Positions 9,163 to 18,519 of a stretch of DNA of 64,000 nucleotides are shown here, piece after piece. Under the pieces are notes generated by a model that worked only from the letters and a program-made list of their open reading frames with translations, made no database searches and had not been told where the DNA came from. The stretch's first letter is position 1. Every line of letters starts with the position of its first letter. This DNA comes from Winogradskyella sp. (GTDB lineage: Bacteria > Bacteroidota > Bacteroidia > Flavobacteriales > Flavobacteriaceae). The stretch is taken from NCBI RefSeq assembly GCF_028289625.1, contig NZ_JANQOM010000053.1, positions 2,023-66,022 of the forward strand. The letters run 5' to 3'. Both the position numbers and the translations under genes were made by a program.

Positions 9163-10212
9163 ATGCTAGAAAACATATATTTTATCGCATCTTTCGTAGG
9201 GATATTGATGGGATTTATATTAATATCTCAGCTATTTAAAGGCAAAAAATCAGATTTTTTTATTGGAATCGTTGTTTTGACTTTAGGCATAGAATTATTG
9301 TTTTCTTGGGGTGTTCTATCTGGCTATACCAATAGCCCAAATGCCATTCCTTACTGGAAGTTGTTGAATTACCTACTACTACCACCATCTACTTGGTTGT
9401 TTATTAAGTATAACACAAATGATAATTTCAAACTACAACTGTGGCATTACAGTCTGTTTTTACCAGCAATTATAGCCTATGGTTTAGAGCTTTACTCAGA
9501 CCTTGTAACAATTTCATTGTGGAAATATGATGCATGGATTTGGCTGACTGAATACCTGCCAATATTGGGTATGCTTTATGTAATTATATTTTTTTGGGTC
9601 ATTTATTATAAGCTACACTTCGGCAAAGGAAAGAGCAAACAAAAAAAACAAAAAATCCAACAATTAAGGCTAGTTCTATTAATGGTAAGTATAACTCTAT
9701 TGACATTGTTATGGTTGATTTTCACCTTTATTGGTTGGGATTATTATAACATGATTGAGATTATCATAATATCTATGTTCCTTGGATTCACTGTTTTGAA
9801 CTTTGTGCATAATCAAGGATTTCAGACACTAAAGCTAGAAGAAAAGAATCGTAGTTTTCCTAATTATAACGACGAGGAAAACGTTAAATTATTGAAAAAG
9901 CATTTAGAGCAAAATCAACCATACCTAAAACCCATACTTCCTTTGAAGGAATTAGCACTCCAATTAAGCCTCCCACCAAGATATTTATCATTTTTAATCA
10001 ATGAATACCTCGGTAAAAACTATAAGGAATTTATTAATGAGTATAGAGTTAATGCCTTTTTGAACAAAGTTCAATCTAACGAACTGAATACCAAAACCAT
10101 TTTAGGTCTTGCCTTGGAGTGCGGCTTCAATTCAAAATCTACTTTCAACTACGTTTTTAAAAATATTACCGGTAATTCCCCTAAGGAGTATTTAAATAAG
10201 TATTCCAAATAA
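9163..10212 (+). CDS. Membrane-anchored AraC family transcriptional regulator
   Basis: N-terminal TMs; C-terminal FINEYRV...LALECGFNSKSTFNYVFK...GNSPKEY. Confidence 0.9.
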   Translation: MLENIYFIASFVGILMGFILISQLFKGKKSDFFIGIVVLTLGIELLFSWGVLSGYTNSPNAIPYWKLLNYLLLPPSTWLFIKYNTNDNFKLQLWHYSLFLPAIIAYGLELYSDLVTISLWKYDAWIWLTEYLPILGMLYVIIFFWVIYYKLHFGKGKSKQKKQKIQQLRLVLLMVSITLLTLLWLIFTFIGWDYYNMIEIIIISMFLGFTVLNFVHNQGFQTLKLEEKNRSFPNYNDEENVKLLKKHLEQNQPYLKPILPLKELALQLSLPPRYLSFLINEYLGKNYKEFINEYRVNAFLNKVQSNELNTKTILGLALECGFNSKSTFNYVFKNITGNSPKEYLNKYSK

Positions 10213-10298
10213 GTGTTTTTGTACTTCCTAAAACGTGTTTTAGGTCGATTCTTACCATAGAACAGTGGTTCTTTGTGTAAAATTTAAAAACACTATTT

Positions 10299-11339
10299 AT
10301 GAGAATTACAATTATCCTTTTGATTATTATTTTGCCTACACAGGTATTTTCACAGAACAATAAAATTACGATTAACACAAATAAAAATATTGAGTTCTTA
10401 GGGTATATTATTGAACAAGGTGACCCTATGGGCAACGAAAAGAGCCATCCCATTTCTGTCATAATTAATAAGTATCCCGAGAATAAGAATAGTGAAACGT
10501 TGTTGAAGCTATTCAATCTGGCTAGTGATATAAATTATAGCACGCTAACATATCTAATGTATTTTTTACCTGAATTACCCTTAGCCAAAGATTACAGTGT
10601 ATCTCTAGAACTTGCATCCTATCTAGGATTTAATTCAGAAACCGAAAAGAAAAACCTCAATCAAATGGTATCGGAATTAAATAACTACTATCATGAATCA
10701 AATTTCGACACCATATGGAACGAACTTAGACCTTATCGAAAAAATATAACATCTATTTTGCACGAAAATCGACCTGAATCAAAGGTTTTTGACCAAATGG
10801 AAATGTTCTATCAATACAAATATGATCATTACAGCATACAGCCAATTATAACGCTTTGGCCATGTGGATTCGGTATCCGAGATTTAGAAAACAAAAGAGC
10901 CGTCTTTGTAATGGGACCTTTAAACATAAATTATGATTTCACTGATCAAGAAGCTTATATAAATTTAGCAATTCACGAATTTGGACACTCATTTGTAAAT
11001 CACGTGGTACTTAAAAATGAAAATCTTTTAAACAAAACGAAGAAACTATTCGCACCTATTAAGGAGGATATGACCAGACAGGGATATTCCGATTGGAAAA
11101 CGTGTATCATAGAACATTTTGTCAGAGCTGGAGAAGTTATTATTAGAGATTTAATGGGTGATAAAAAACAAAGTGAAGCCTTATTAAAGTCCTATACAGA
11201 AGATAAAAAATATATTTTTCTTCCTTCTATAGTTCAGAGCCTTAAGGCTTATCGATTGGATAAAAATTTATCTTATGAAGCTGCTGTAACTGCTTCGCTG
11301 AGTGATTTATCCGAAGAGATGAAAATTGAAAACGAATAG
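10299..11339 (+). CDS. Secreted DUF4932-like zincin protein
   Basis: signal peptide; IHEFGHSFVN and EHFVRA motifs. Confidence 0.75.
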   Translation: MRITIILLIIILPTQVFSQNNKITINTNKNIEFLGYIIEQGDPMGNEKSHPISVIINKYPENKNSETLLKLFNLASDINYSTLTYLMYFLPELPLAKDYSVSLELASYLGFNSETEKKNLNQMVSELNNYYHESNFDTIWNELRPYRKNITSILHENRPESKVFDQMEMFYQYKYDHYSIQPIITLWPCGFGIRDLENKRAVFVMGPLNINYDFTDQEAYINLAIHEFGHSFVNHVVLKNENLLNKTKKLFAPIKEDMTRQGYSDWKTCIIEHFVRAGEVIIRDLMGDKKQSEALLKSYTEDKKYIFLPSIVQSLKAYRLDKNLSYEAAVTASLSDLSEEMKIENE

Positions 11340-11348
11340 TCTAACTGT

Positions 11349-11379
11349 TGCTAATAATGGCTATAATTCAACGTTACCT
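11349..11379. repeat. Internally deleted attC-like element
   Basis: gctaaTaatggctataattca joined directly to acGTTacct. Confidence 0.6.
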
Positions 11380-11407
11380 TTTAACTTTAAAACAAAAACC
11401 AAATCTG

Positions 11408-12595
11408 ATGCAAAAATTATTGACTTTAGGAATTTTAACACTACTCATTTCCTGCCAAACCCCAAAAAAGCATTCTGACAAATTCTTTACAAACTTTAAT
11501 AAGAATATAGAAACCTATTTTCTAGCCGAGCTACTTTCTATAAATCATAGAAAAACAAACAAGCAATGGGAGGAATACAAACTAAAAACCTGTAAAGAAT
11601 ACCAACCTATTGTTGCCAAAGCCTTAGCTGATTTTGGAAACCTTAACCAAAGTAAAATAGCGATAGAAACAGCTAAACTAAATGATACCTTAGTAAGTTT
11701 AGGATATGGAAACGATGTTATGATGGGAATTTTATTAGAGCAACCTGAATTTAATCTTTTACAAGAGCCTTCAGATTTTAAATTTTCATATACCCATTTG
11801 AAAAACCCACAAAAAAAGGGATTGGAACAACTAATCTCAGATTATTTAAAATTACTATACAATTTCTATCAAAATGAGAACATCGATGATTTCTACGAGA
11901 AAAATATACGTTTTTACAATGGTGCAATCAATGAAGTTCAGACGCATATACCCGAAGGATTTACAGAAGCAATGGAAATATATTATGGGGACGACAGAGA
12001 TGAATATATTGCTTTGGTGAGCCCTATGATGATTTGGCCCATAGAAGACAATGAAGGACGAGGAATAGCAGCGACGGTTAAAAAAGATGGTAAACGCATA
12101 GTTTATGAAGTTATGAGCCCTTACGTTCAAGTGCCAGTTGATTTTACAAAAAACAACTACGATCAATTCGGTTTTGATTATCAACCGAGAGCAAGAACTT
12201 TAACGATTCATGAGTTTGGACATTCATTTGTCAATTCAGAACTCGTACCATATCAAAAACAAATTGAGAGACATTCTTATCTATTTACCGATCGTTTAGA
12301 AAAAGTAATGGAAACAAAGGGTGTTCAAGATTGGAATGTTCATGTCATTGAAAGCTTTGTACGCTTAGGAGAGATTAGAATAGCCGAAATTCAAAACGAT
12401 AAAAAAAGGGCTGATTATTTACGAAACTATCATACTAATTTGGAGGATTTCATTTTTCTACCACAATTAGAGGAAAAAATAATCGAGTTTGAAAATAATC
12501 GGGAAAAATACCCAATGTGGAAAAATTTCATTCCAGAACTTTTAAGCGTGTTTGAGGAAAGCACGACAGAATTCGTGAATAAAAAACTAAAATAA
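11408..12595 (+). CDS. DUF4932-like zincin lipoprotein
   Basis: MQKLL...LISC lipobox; IHEFGHSFVN, ESFVRL; the listed start at 11348 falls in the repeat. Confidence 0.75.
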   Translation: MQKLLTLGILTLLISCQTPKKHSDKFFTNFNKNIETYFLAELLSINHRKTNKQWEEYKLKTCKEYQPIVAKALADFGNLNQSKIAIETAKLNDTLVSLGYGNDVMMGILLEQPEFNLLQEPSDFKFSYTHLKNPQKKGLEQLISDYLKLLYNFYQNENIDDFYEKNIRFYNGAINEVQTHIPEGFTEAMEIYYGDDRDEYIALVSPMMIWPIEDNEGRGIAATVKKDGKRIVYEVMSPYVQVPVDFTKNNYDQFGFDYQPRARTLTIHEFGHSFVNSELVPYQKQIERHSYLFTDRLEKVMETKGVQDWNVHVIESFVRLGEIRIAEIQNDKKRADYLRNYHTNLEDFIFLPQLEEKIIEFENNREKYPMWKNFIPELLSVFEESTTEFVNKKLK

Positions 12596-12600
12596 ACGTC

Positions 12601-12733
12601 ACATAACGCAGTATATAAGCAATAACGGTTTGAGTGCAAACTCGAACCGTTTTTTGTTTAAATTAAGTTATATTGTAACCCGAAAAGTGATCTTATAAAA
12701 ATCTGCTACTGCTCATATGCAAAACCGTTGAGT
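12601..12733. repeat. attC-like element
   Basis: acatAAC...GTTgagt; arms gtatataagcaataacgg / ctgctactgctcatatgc; internal hairpin aacggtttgagtgcaaactcgaaccgtt. Confidence 0.8.
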
Positions 12734-12782
12734 GGCATAACAAGACGGAATCGTAGCTCCTAAGTTTACTAAAAAAACTCTT

Positions 12783-13385
12783 TTGTACGAGAATTGTAAA
12801 TACCAATTGTTCAGAACTGCCTTAGAAGAAGGTGCGCCTATTACAGACGAAAATTGGGATACAATAAAACCTCATTTAAAACTTAGGCATTTTAACAAAG
12901 GAGAGGCCATAATTGAACACGGTCAAGTTGAAAACTATCTCTCAGTAGTAGCAAAGGGGTGCGTAAGATTTTTTGTTCATAAAGATGGTAATGAAATAAA
13001 TTTTGAGTTTTCGTTTGAAGGTGAGTTTTCTACTTCCTATGCCTCTTTCTTATCCAGACGTCCTTCGTTTGTGTTGATGGAAGCTGTTGAAGACGTAACC
13101 TTGATCAGTATACACTATGATAATTTACAAACTTTATACAAGGATTCTGCTACCGGAGAAAAAATTGGGCGGCTAACTACAGAAGGCTACTATATATGGC
13201 GGGAACATCGTGAAATTCAATTGCTCACACTTTCTGCAGAAGAACTATATATTGACTTACTTAATCAATATCCCGAATACATCAACCGTATCCCACAAAA
13301 GTATTTGGCTTCATATCTTCAGGTACAACCTGAGTCACTAAGTAGAATAAAACGACGAATTTATAGTAATAAAAAACGAAAATAA
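12783..13385 (+). CDS. Crp/Fnr family transcriptional regulator (Bacteroidota type)
   Basis: cNMP-binding-like N-terminus; IPQKYLASYLQVQPESLSRIK HTH. Confidence 0.9.
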   Translation: MYENCKYQLFRTALEEGAPITDENWDTIKPHLKLRHFNKGEAIIEHGQVENYLSVVAKGCVRFFVHKDGNEINFEFSFEGEFSTSYASFLSRRPSFVLMEAVEDVTLISIHYDNLQTLYKDSATGEKIGRLTTEGYYIWREHREIQLLTLSAEELYIDLLNQYPEYINRIPQKYLASYLQVQPESLSRIKRRIYSNKKRK

Positions 13386-13449
13386 CCCAGGTTATTTTTA
13401 GTCAAGTTTCCTCTACGGAACTTTGTAATGAAATTCAAAAATTGAAATT

Positions 13450-14172
13450 ATGAAAGTTCACAAGAGGTTTTTAATGACAATTATTGCCTTAAGTATCTTT
13501 ACTTTATCTAATGCTCAAGAGATGGCTACCACGTTTAATAAGCATAATAACTTCTATATAAGTTTTGGGGCAGGCACTTCTGTACTGAGGGATCTTCCAT
13601 CGGATATTTATTTTGACGGAAGTACCAACCTACAGTTGGGATTTATGTACGAACGTGCATTTCACAAACGATTTTCTTTTCTTACTGGTATTGAGTTTGA
13701 ACAGGCAACTTATAATTTTAACGGAGACCTTGATTTTAACTCGAATAATGGTTTTGATCTAGTCAGAGCTGGACCAGACAAGAAATATACAGGGTTTAGG
13801 CAACGCAATCTCACGGCCCCAATTCAAGGAAGGTTCTATTTTATGGATAACAATGCTTCCGATTCGCGCAATATATTTATTCAGGCTGGATTAAGATTAA
13901 CCCAGTCTCTGGACTTCATTGGTAATGATAGTTTTGAAACTTATTATTTTTATCGCAGTAGAGGAAAAGATGAGTCAATCATGTTAACAGATTTTGTCAA
14001 TCAAAGGCGCATACAATTAGAATTCATGTTTGGATTTAAAGGACAGTTTTTTAAAAAGTTTGATGTATTAAATGCCTCAACTTTAGGCTTTATGTATCAA
14101 TTGAATCCGATTTTTACAAGTGATTCAACAGCAGTACATCCAATACATTTCACATGGCGATTTTTGTTTTAA
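13450..14172 (+). CDS. Outer-membrane beta-barrel (porin-family) protein
   Basis: signal peptide, amphipathic strands, C-terminal Phe (WRFLF). Confidence 0.65.
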   Translation: MKVHKRFLMTIIALSIFTLSNAQEMATTFNKHNNFYISFGAGTSVLRDLPSDIYFDGSTNLQLGFMYERAFHKRFSFLTGIEFEQATYNFNGDLDFNSNNGFDLVRAGPDKKYTGFRQRNLTAPIQGRFYFMDNNASDSRNIFIQAGLRLTQSLDFIGNDSFETYYFYRSRGKDESIMLTDFVNQRRIQLEFMFGFKGQFFKKFDVLNASTLGFMYQLNPIFTSDSTAVHPIHFTWRFLF

Positions 14173-14194
14173 CAACAAATTGAACGTAAGAGAT

Positions 14195-14836
14195 ATGGAC
14201 AGAAGAACTAAGGAAAATAATGACTCTACCTGGTTAAATACCTTAAAACAGCATTTTCCATGGAAAGCATTTTTTGTTGGAGCACTTTTACCTATTATCG
14301 TATATTACATTTTTCACCTATATGGCCAGCCCTTAACTGGTGCTTTTATAGCTGCCGCATGGGGAGGTGTTGTTGTTCTCATATCACATTTTATTCTGCG
14401 AGATGTTAATCTTTTCGCCATATTATCCTTACCACTTACACTTATAGAAATTATAGGAACTCTAATAACATTGAGCCCAGACTTTTATTTAGCAACATCG
14501 GCAATAGATCATTTTCTTTGGGCTGTTGTATTTTTAATATCGTTAGCATTTTCTCGTCCATTGATACTAGTTTTTGCCGACGCAATGAAAAGTATTCCGA
14601 ATACTACCGAAATTCTTGAATTTCGTAAAACAAAAGCATTCAGAAATGCTTGGGTTAAGCTAACCTATATCTGGGCCGCTGCACATTTAGTGTCTGCTAT
14701 TGTATTGATTATTTCTCAACTTTATACGTCAGTCGAATTCTTTTTAATTATTAGAACCTTATTAAACTTGCCCTTATTAGCTGTTTTAATAACTATAAGT
14801 TTTTGGTTTCCGGAATGGTATTGGGAAAAATCTTGA
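14195..14836 (+). CDS. Integral membrane protein (VC0807-like)
   Basis: multi-TM; SLAFSRPLI...FRNAWVKLTYIW; ATG at 14195 avoids the overlap. Confidence 0.6.
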   Translation: MDRRTKENNDSTWLNTLKQHFPWKAFFVGALLPIIVYYIFHLYGQPLTGAFIAAAWGGVVVLISHFILRDVNLFAILSLPLTLIEIIGTLITLSPDFYLATSAIDHFLWAVVFLISLAFSRPLILVFADAMKSIPNTTEILEFRKTKAFRNAWVKLTYIWAAAHLVSAIVLIISQLYTSVEFFLIIRTLLNLPLLAVLITISFWFPEWYWEKS

Positions 14837-14863
14837 ATAAATCAACTAAAAAAATATTTAAAT

Positions 14864-15877
14864 ATGAAAACCGTTAAAATACTAATCACCGTCCTTATTG
14901 TTAGTTTGACAAGTAGCTGCATGCATAAAAGCAATACCAGCATGGATGATGTTCTTAACTCTAAACTTTTGGTCTATCAGATTTCTGGTTTTGATGGGCC
15001 CAAAGTGAATATCAATAACGATAGTCTTGCACAGTTCCTCACGTCTTTGTACTACAACGTTCCACTTACTGATATTGAAACAGCATTACAATGGGATTCA
15101 GAAACAACATTGAATAATATCGATGTGCTCATCGAAAACAAGTTACTTTCAAAAAGAGGTGATTATTATCAACCAACTCTTGGAATATTGACTCTAGAGC
15201 GAGGACAACTATTGAAAGAAGAGGCTCAAAAAGTAGCCAACATTATTGCAGACAGTATTATAAAGAGCTTACCTAAAATTCAAAAGATACACGACCAAAC
15301 CAATATTTCCAATTACCATGATTTTAAAGAATTATCTTTCTTTTATCTCAGTAATGTTCTTCTTGATAATTTTCAAATTCAGGCCATGGAAGAAGGTTTT
15401 TTAAATAAGCCGCGACCTATGAGAAATGGGAGTAGATATTATATCGCTATTGTTGAAGACTATACAGACAACAAAACAGAGCCCTATGGTATCTATGGAA
15501 ACCAAGGTCTTTTTTGGAACGATTCCATTGGCATTTCTGTTTATGGCAATAAAAGAGTTAAGTCTAATGTAGGCTGGGATAATTATGAGGATAAGGAGGT
15601 TTATGTTTTTGATAAAGATGATACGCCTTTGGTTACAGAGAAAATGCCAACAGCTTTTTTACCAACTTTACTTGATCTACTTAATGACAACAAATCAAAT
15701 TTTGAATCCACTTATCAAAAACTGAATTTTGACAAAGAAGTTACCTTCGAGGAATTTTTTATTTTTTACTATCACTTTGTATATACTGTAGCTACCGATA
15801 TTCTTATTGAAAAAGACATTATAATTAAGCCTCAAAACAGTTTGTTTTATTATCAAATTGCACATAAGGTTCAATAA
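14864..15877 (+). CDS. Hypothetical lipoprotein
   Basis: lipobox LTSSC; 337 aa. Confidence 0.7.
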   Translation: MKTVKILITVLIVSLTSSCMHKSNTSMDDVLNSKLLVYQISGFDGPKVNINNDSLAQFLTSLYYNVPLTDIETALQWDSETTLNNIDVLIENKLLSKRGDYYQPTLGILTLERGQLLKEEAQKVANIIADSIIKSLPKIQKIHDQTNISNYHDFKELSFFYLSNVLLDNFQIQAMEEGFLNKPRPMRNGSRYYIAIVEDYTDNKTEPYGIYGNQGLFWNDSIGISVYGNKRVKSNVGWDNYEDKEVYVFDKDDTPLVTEKMPTAFLPTLLDLLNDNKSNFESTYQKLNFDKEVTFEEFFIFYYHFVYTVATDILIEKDIIIKPQNSLFYYQIAHKVQ

Positions 15878-15926
15878 TTAGTTTATTGTTGCTTAAAATT
15901 AAAAATCTAAAAAGAGTTAAAATGCC

Positions 15927-16127
15927 AAACAACTAGAATGACTATAGTTAATTAAGGCTAACTCCGATAGGGTATTCAACGCTTATTTACTATCTTTAAG
16001 CTACAGCAGGAAAGAATCCTCTCACCTTTGCTAAAGCTTCGGTGAGCGTAGACGGATTTTTCTGCAACGACATGAAACGTCTTTAGTGTCGTACTGACGA
16101 AGTAAATCATAGCCGAAACCGTTAGAA
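15927..16127. repeat. attC-like element (subfamily of element 1)
   Basis: aaacAAC...GTTagaa; 35-bp insert at 16071-16105 at the same site as in element 1; nested ctcacctttgctaaagcttcggtgag at 16021. Confidence 0.8.
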
Positions 16128-16147
16128 AGTTTAATAATAACAAAACT

Positions 16148-16312
16148 ATGGGTAACGCAAACGATCCTACTGATCACGAATATGGAATCAGTAATGAACA
16201 AAGAGCTAGAAGGGAAAGCTCAAAGAAATCGGATAATAATCCTTGGCCAGGAATTGGTGGAGCAATTATTTTACTTTTAATCATATTTGCACTGTTAAAA
16301 GGATGTTCTTGA
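16148..16312 (+). CDS. 54-aa single-TM microprotein (cassette; not in ORF track)
   Basis: MGNANDPTDHEYGISNEQRARRESSKKSDNNPWPGIGGAIILLLIIFALLKGCS fills the unit between GTT 16121 and AAC 16335. Confidence 0.65.
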   Translation: MGNANDPTDHEYGISNEQRARRESSKKSDNNPWPGIGGAIILLLIIFALLKGCS

Positions 16313-16330
16313 ATTTAAAACAAAGAAATT

Positions 16331-16467
16331 CCCTAACAATTCTTCAGCGTGAATTCAAAAGTTAAAAACCTCCCACTCAAAAATCGCTTCAACAATCCCG
16401 TTGCCGGTATTACTCAAATGAATTAACTTTGGGCTACAGATGAAAATCATCATCGAGAACGTTGTAC
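16331..16467. repeat. Degenerate attC-like element
   Basis: ccctAAC...GTTgtac; TTG 16401 + TAACTTTG 16424-16431. Confidence 0.65.
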
Positions 16468-16479
16468 TTAATTTGAGAA

Positions 16480-17094
16480 ATGATGAGTAAAAAATCAATC
16501 TTGATTTCCGTCCTTATAATCGCAATTGGACTCACACTCTGGAATTTTGGATTCTTCAATCGATATAATTACTTGACTGCTAAAGCAGACATTGCAAAAA
16601 ATAACCCTCAAATAGTTTATGTTGGTGAATCAATATTAACACCAGCAGATTTAAATAAAGTAAGTAAAAAGTATGGCTTTGAAATCGTTGGTCTAGGTTG
16701 CACACTGAGTGGAGTTGAGCAAAATGGAATTGATATTTACAATTCCCAGATTAACAACTATCTGGACAAGCTAAACGGAAACGGATGGAAATCTGAATAC
16801 ACAAAAGAGATTGATTCTTTGATGAAGCTAACTAACATTCCAAAAACTGCATTTTGGATTGAAAAAAATGGAAATGGACATTGGTACAATGTAGATTTTA
16901 TGCATAGCCATAAAAACAATGCGAGAATTTCGATTTTTGACAAATTTGGTGAGCTAATAACCAAAGGGCATTTTATTCTAATTTGTCCTAGTGATGAAAT
17001 TGAATTTATGGGCGAATTAGATACTCAAATCGACTTTTATGATGGTGAAAAAATTCAACTTAAAAGTAATTGTTATTTGATGAAAAGAAAATAA
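16480..17094 (+). CDS. Hypothetical protein with N-terminal anchor (cassette)
   Basis: 204-aa ORF with N-terminal hydrophobic segment. Confidence 0.7.
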   Translation: MMSKKSILISVLIIAIGLTLWNFGFFNRYNYLTAKADIAKNNPQIVYVGESILTPADLNKVSKKYGFEIVGLGCTLSGVEQNGIDIYNSQINNYLDKLNGNGWKSEYTKEIDSLMKLTNIPKTAFWIEKNGNGHWYNVDFMHSHKNNARISIFDKFGELITKGHFILICPSDEIEFMGELDTQIDFYDGEKIQLKSNCYLMKRK

Positions 17095-17099
17095 ACTGC

Positions 17100-17201
17100 T
17101 TAAAACAACAGTAAAATCACTTTACCACTCCACATTGCTCAAATCACTCAAATTCATTAACTTTAAGTTACGGAGGAAAATCGTAGCCGAGACTGTTAGG
17201 C
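17100..17201. repeat. Degenerate attC-like element
   Basis: ends tagccgagact-GTTaggc; 40 bp (17127-17166) identical to 18567-18606. Confidence 0.65.
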
Positions 17202-17221
17202 ACAAGTTGAAATCAAATACA

Positions 17222-17899
17222 TTGAATAAAAGATTAATAAGCATTCTAAAAGCCGTTTTGGCAACTCTATTGTATATAGTTGGAATGGAGCTTATTGGTT
17301 CTTGGCTTTATATCGCAGAAGCCATTGAATTCAAAAATTATAATAGTTACTATAATTTAATACAAGGTATATTACAATTTATAGGAGTTCTAATTTTTAT
17401 ATACTTCATTAAAAACAGGACATTTAAAAGTTTGATTAAGAAAACGGATAGAAAATGGTATTTACTTGCACTTATATTGGGTGTTTCATTTGCTTTTATA
17501 CAAACACCATTAAAGTGGGTTTACAACTTATTGTTTGGGACTGAATATTACATTGCTTATAGATTTGATGGATTACCAAAATTCAAGAATATAAATATGA
17601 TTTCAGGCGTACTTCTGATTCCTATTGCCGAAGAACTTTTTTTCAGAGAGTATATCCAAAATAAATTACAGAAAAAAACCAACATAATAGTTGCTATTTT
17701 AACAGCGTCTATATTGTTTGCTTCAATTCACTCACCTTATCTTAATTTAATATTTGATTCGGTAAAACAAGATTGGCATTGGTTTTATTTGACAATATTT
17801 GGTGGCATACTCTCAGGACTCTTATATTACAAATCCAATTCAATTGGGCCACCTATTATCTTTCACATGTTTTGGAATATAATGGTATATATTGTCTGA
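17222..17899 (+). CDS. CPBP/CAAX-Abi family intramembrane metalloprotease
   Basis: PIAEELFFRE, FASIH, IIFHMFWN; TTG start after the GTT box preferred over 17135. Confidence 0.85.
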   Translation: MNKRLISILKAVLATLLYIVGMELIGSWLYIAEAIEFKNYNSYYNLIQGILQFIGVLIFIYFIKNRTFKSLIKKTDRKWYLLALILGVSFAFIQTPLKWVYNLLFGTEYYIAYRFDGLPKFKNINMISGVLLIPIAEELFFREYIQNKLQKKTNIIVAILTASILFASIHSPYLNLIFDSVKQDWHWFYLTIFGGILSGLLYYKSNSIGPPIIFHMFWNIMVYIV

Positions 17900-17916
17900 T
17901 ATGTATAAAAGCCAGT

Positions 17917-18017
17917 GCCTAAAAATACCTATAACCCCTTCCCTAACCATATTGCTCGTGTCAGTCTAATTAACTAACTTTAGGCTATAGCGGAAAACCT
18001 TAGCCAAGAAGTTAGCA
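17917..18017. repeat. Degenerate attC-like element (AAC changed to AAA)
   Basis: gcctaaA...tagccaagaa-GTTagca. Confidence 0.6.
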
Positions 18018-18032
18018 TGTAAGCTCGAATAA

Positions 18033-18437
18033 ATGAACGAAGTCGAAATCAAAGTATATCACAAAGAAGAGAAAGTAACAACTACACTTTATGTTGAGCA
18101 ATTGTCTGAAAATAAATTTCGGATGATAGATAACGACTTTTGCAACTATAAACTAACTTTGGGTACGGAGTTCGAAACAAGAATAAACAAAGACGGTAAA
18201 CACGAGATAACAAAAATTACGAAGGAATCGGAATACATTACTCGCAGATTCGGATTGACACCAAATCATAAAGAATCTGATTATAGAATGCTTGGAGAGG
18301 AATTGACCCTAAGAGGTGGATTTTGGCAAGTTGATATAGGGAGAATTGCTACTATTAGCATTCCAAAAGATTTTGAGTTTGATATTGACGAAGTAATCAA
18401 AGAGTTGGGCCTAAAGTTGGTGGAAATAATTGATTAA
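18033..18437 (+). CDS. Hypothetical protein (DUF4265-like)
   Basis: 134 aa; LYVEQLSENKFRMIDN...GRIATISIP. Confidence 0.6.
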   Translation: MNEVEIKVYHKEEKVTTTLYVEQLSENKFRMIDNDFCNYKLTLGTEFETRINKDGKHEITKITKESEYITRRFGLTPNHKESDYRMLGEELTLRGGFWQVDIGRIATISIPKDFEFDIDEVIKELGLKLVEIID

Positions 18438-18438
18438 A

Positions 18439-18495
18439 ATGCAATCAAAATCTATTGAACAGCTTGAAAATGATTATTGGAAAGAAGAAATTTGA
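18439..18495 (+). pseudogene. Remnant resembling the N-terminus of CdiI-type immunity proteins
   Basis: MQSKSIEQLENDYWKEEI then stop; resemblance recalled, not searched. Confidence 0.35.
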
Positions 18496-18519
18496 CCAAA
18501 TAAATGAAAAAATAAAACC

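Noticed and set aside
11373..17110. Flank pairing for the units starting at GTT 11373 and GTT 16461
   Set aside because: Only the core few bases match their downstream ends, so they were not counted as evidence; the 9142/11342 pair (9/14) is also weak.
186..17221. Listed upstream starts at 186, 5428, 11348 and 17135
   Set aside because: They begin inside repeat elements; starts at 207, 5479, 11408 and 17222 follow the GTT box and give better N-termini.
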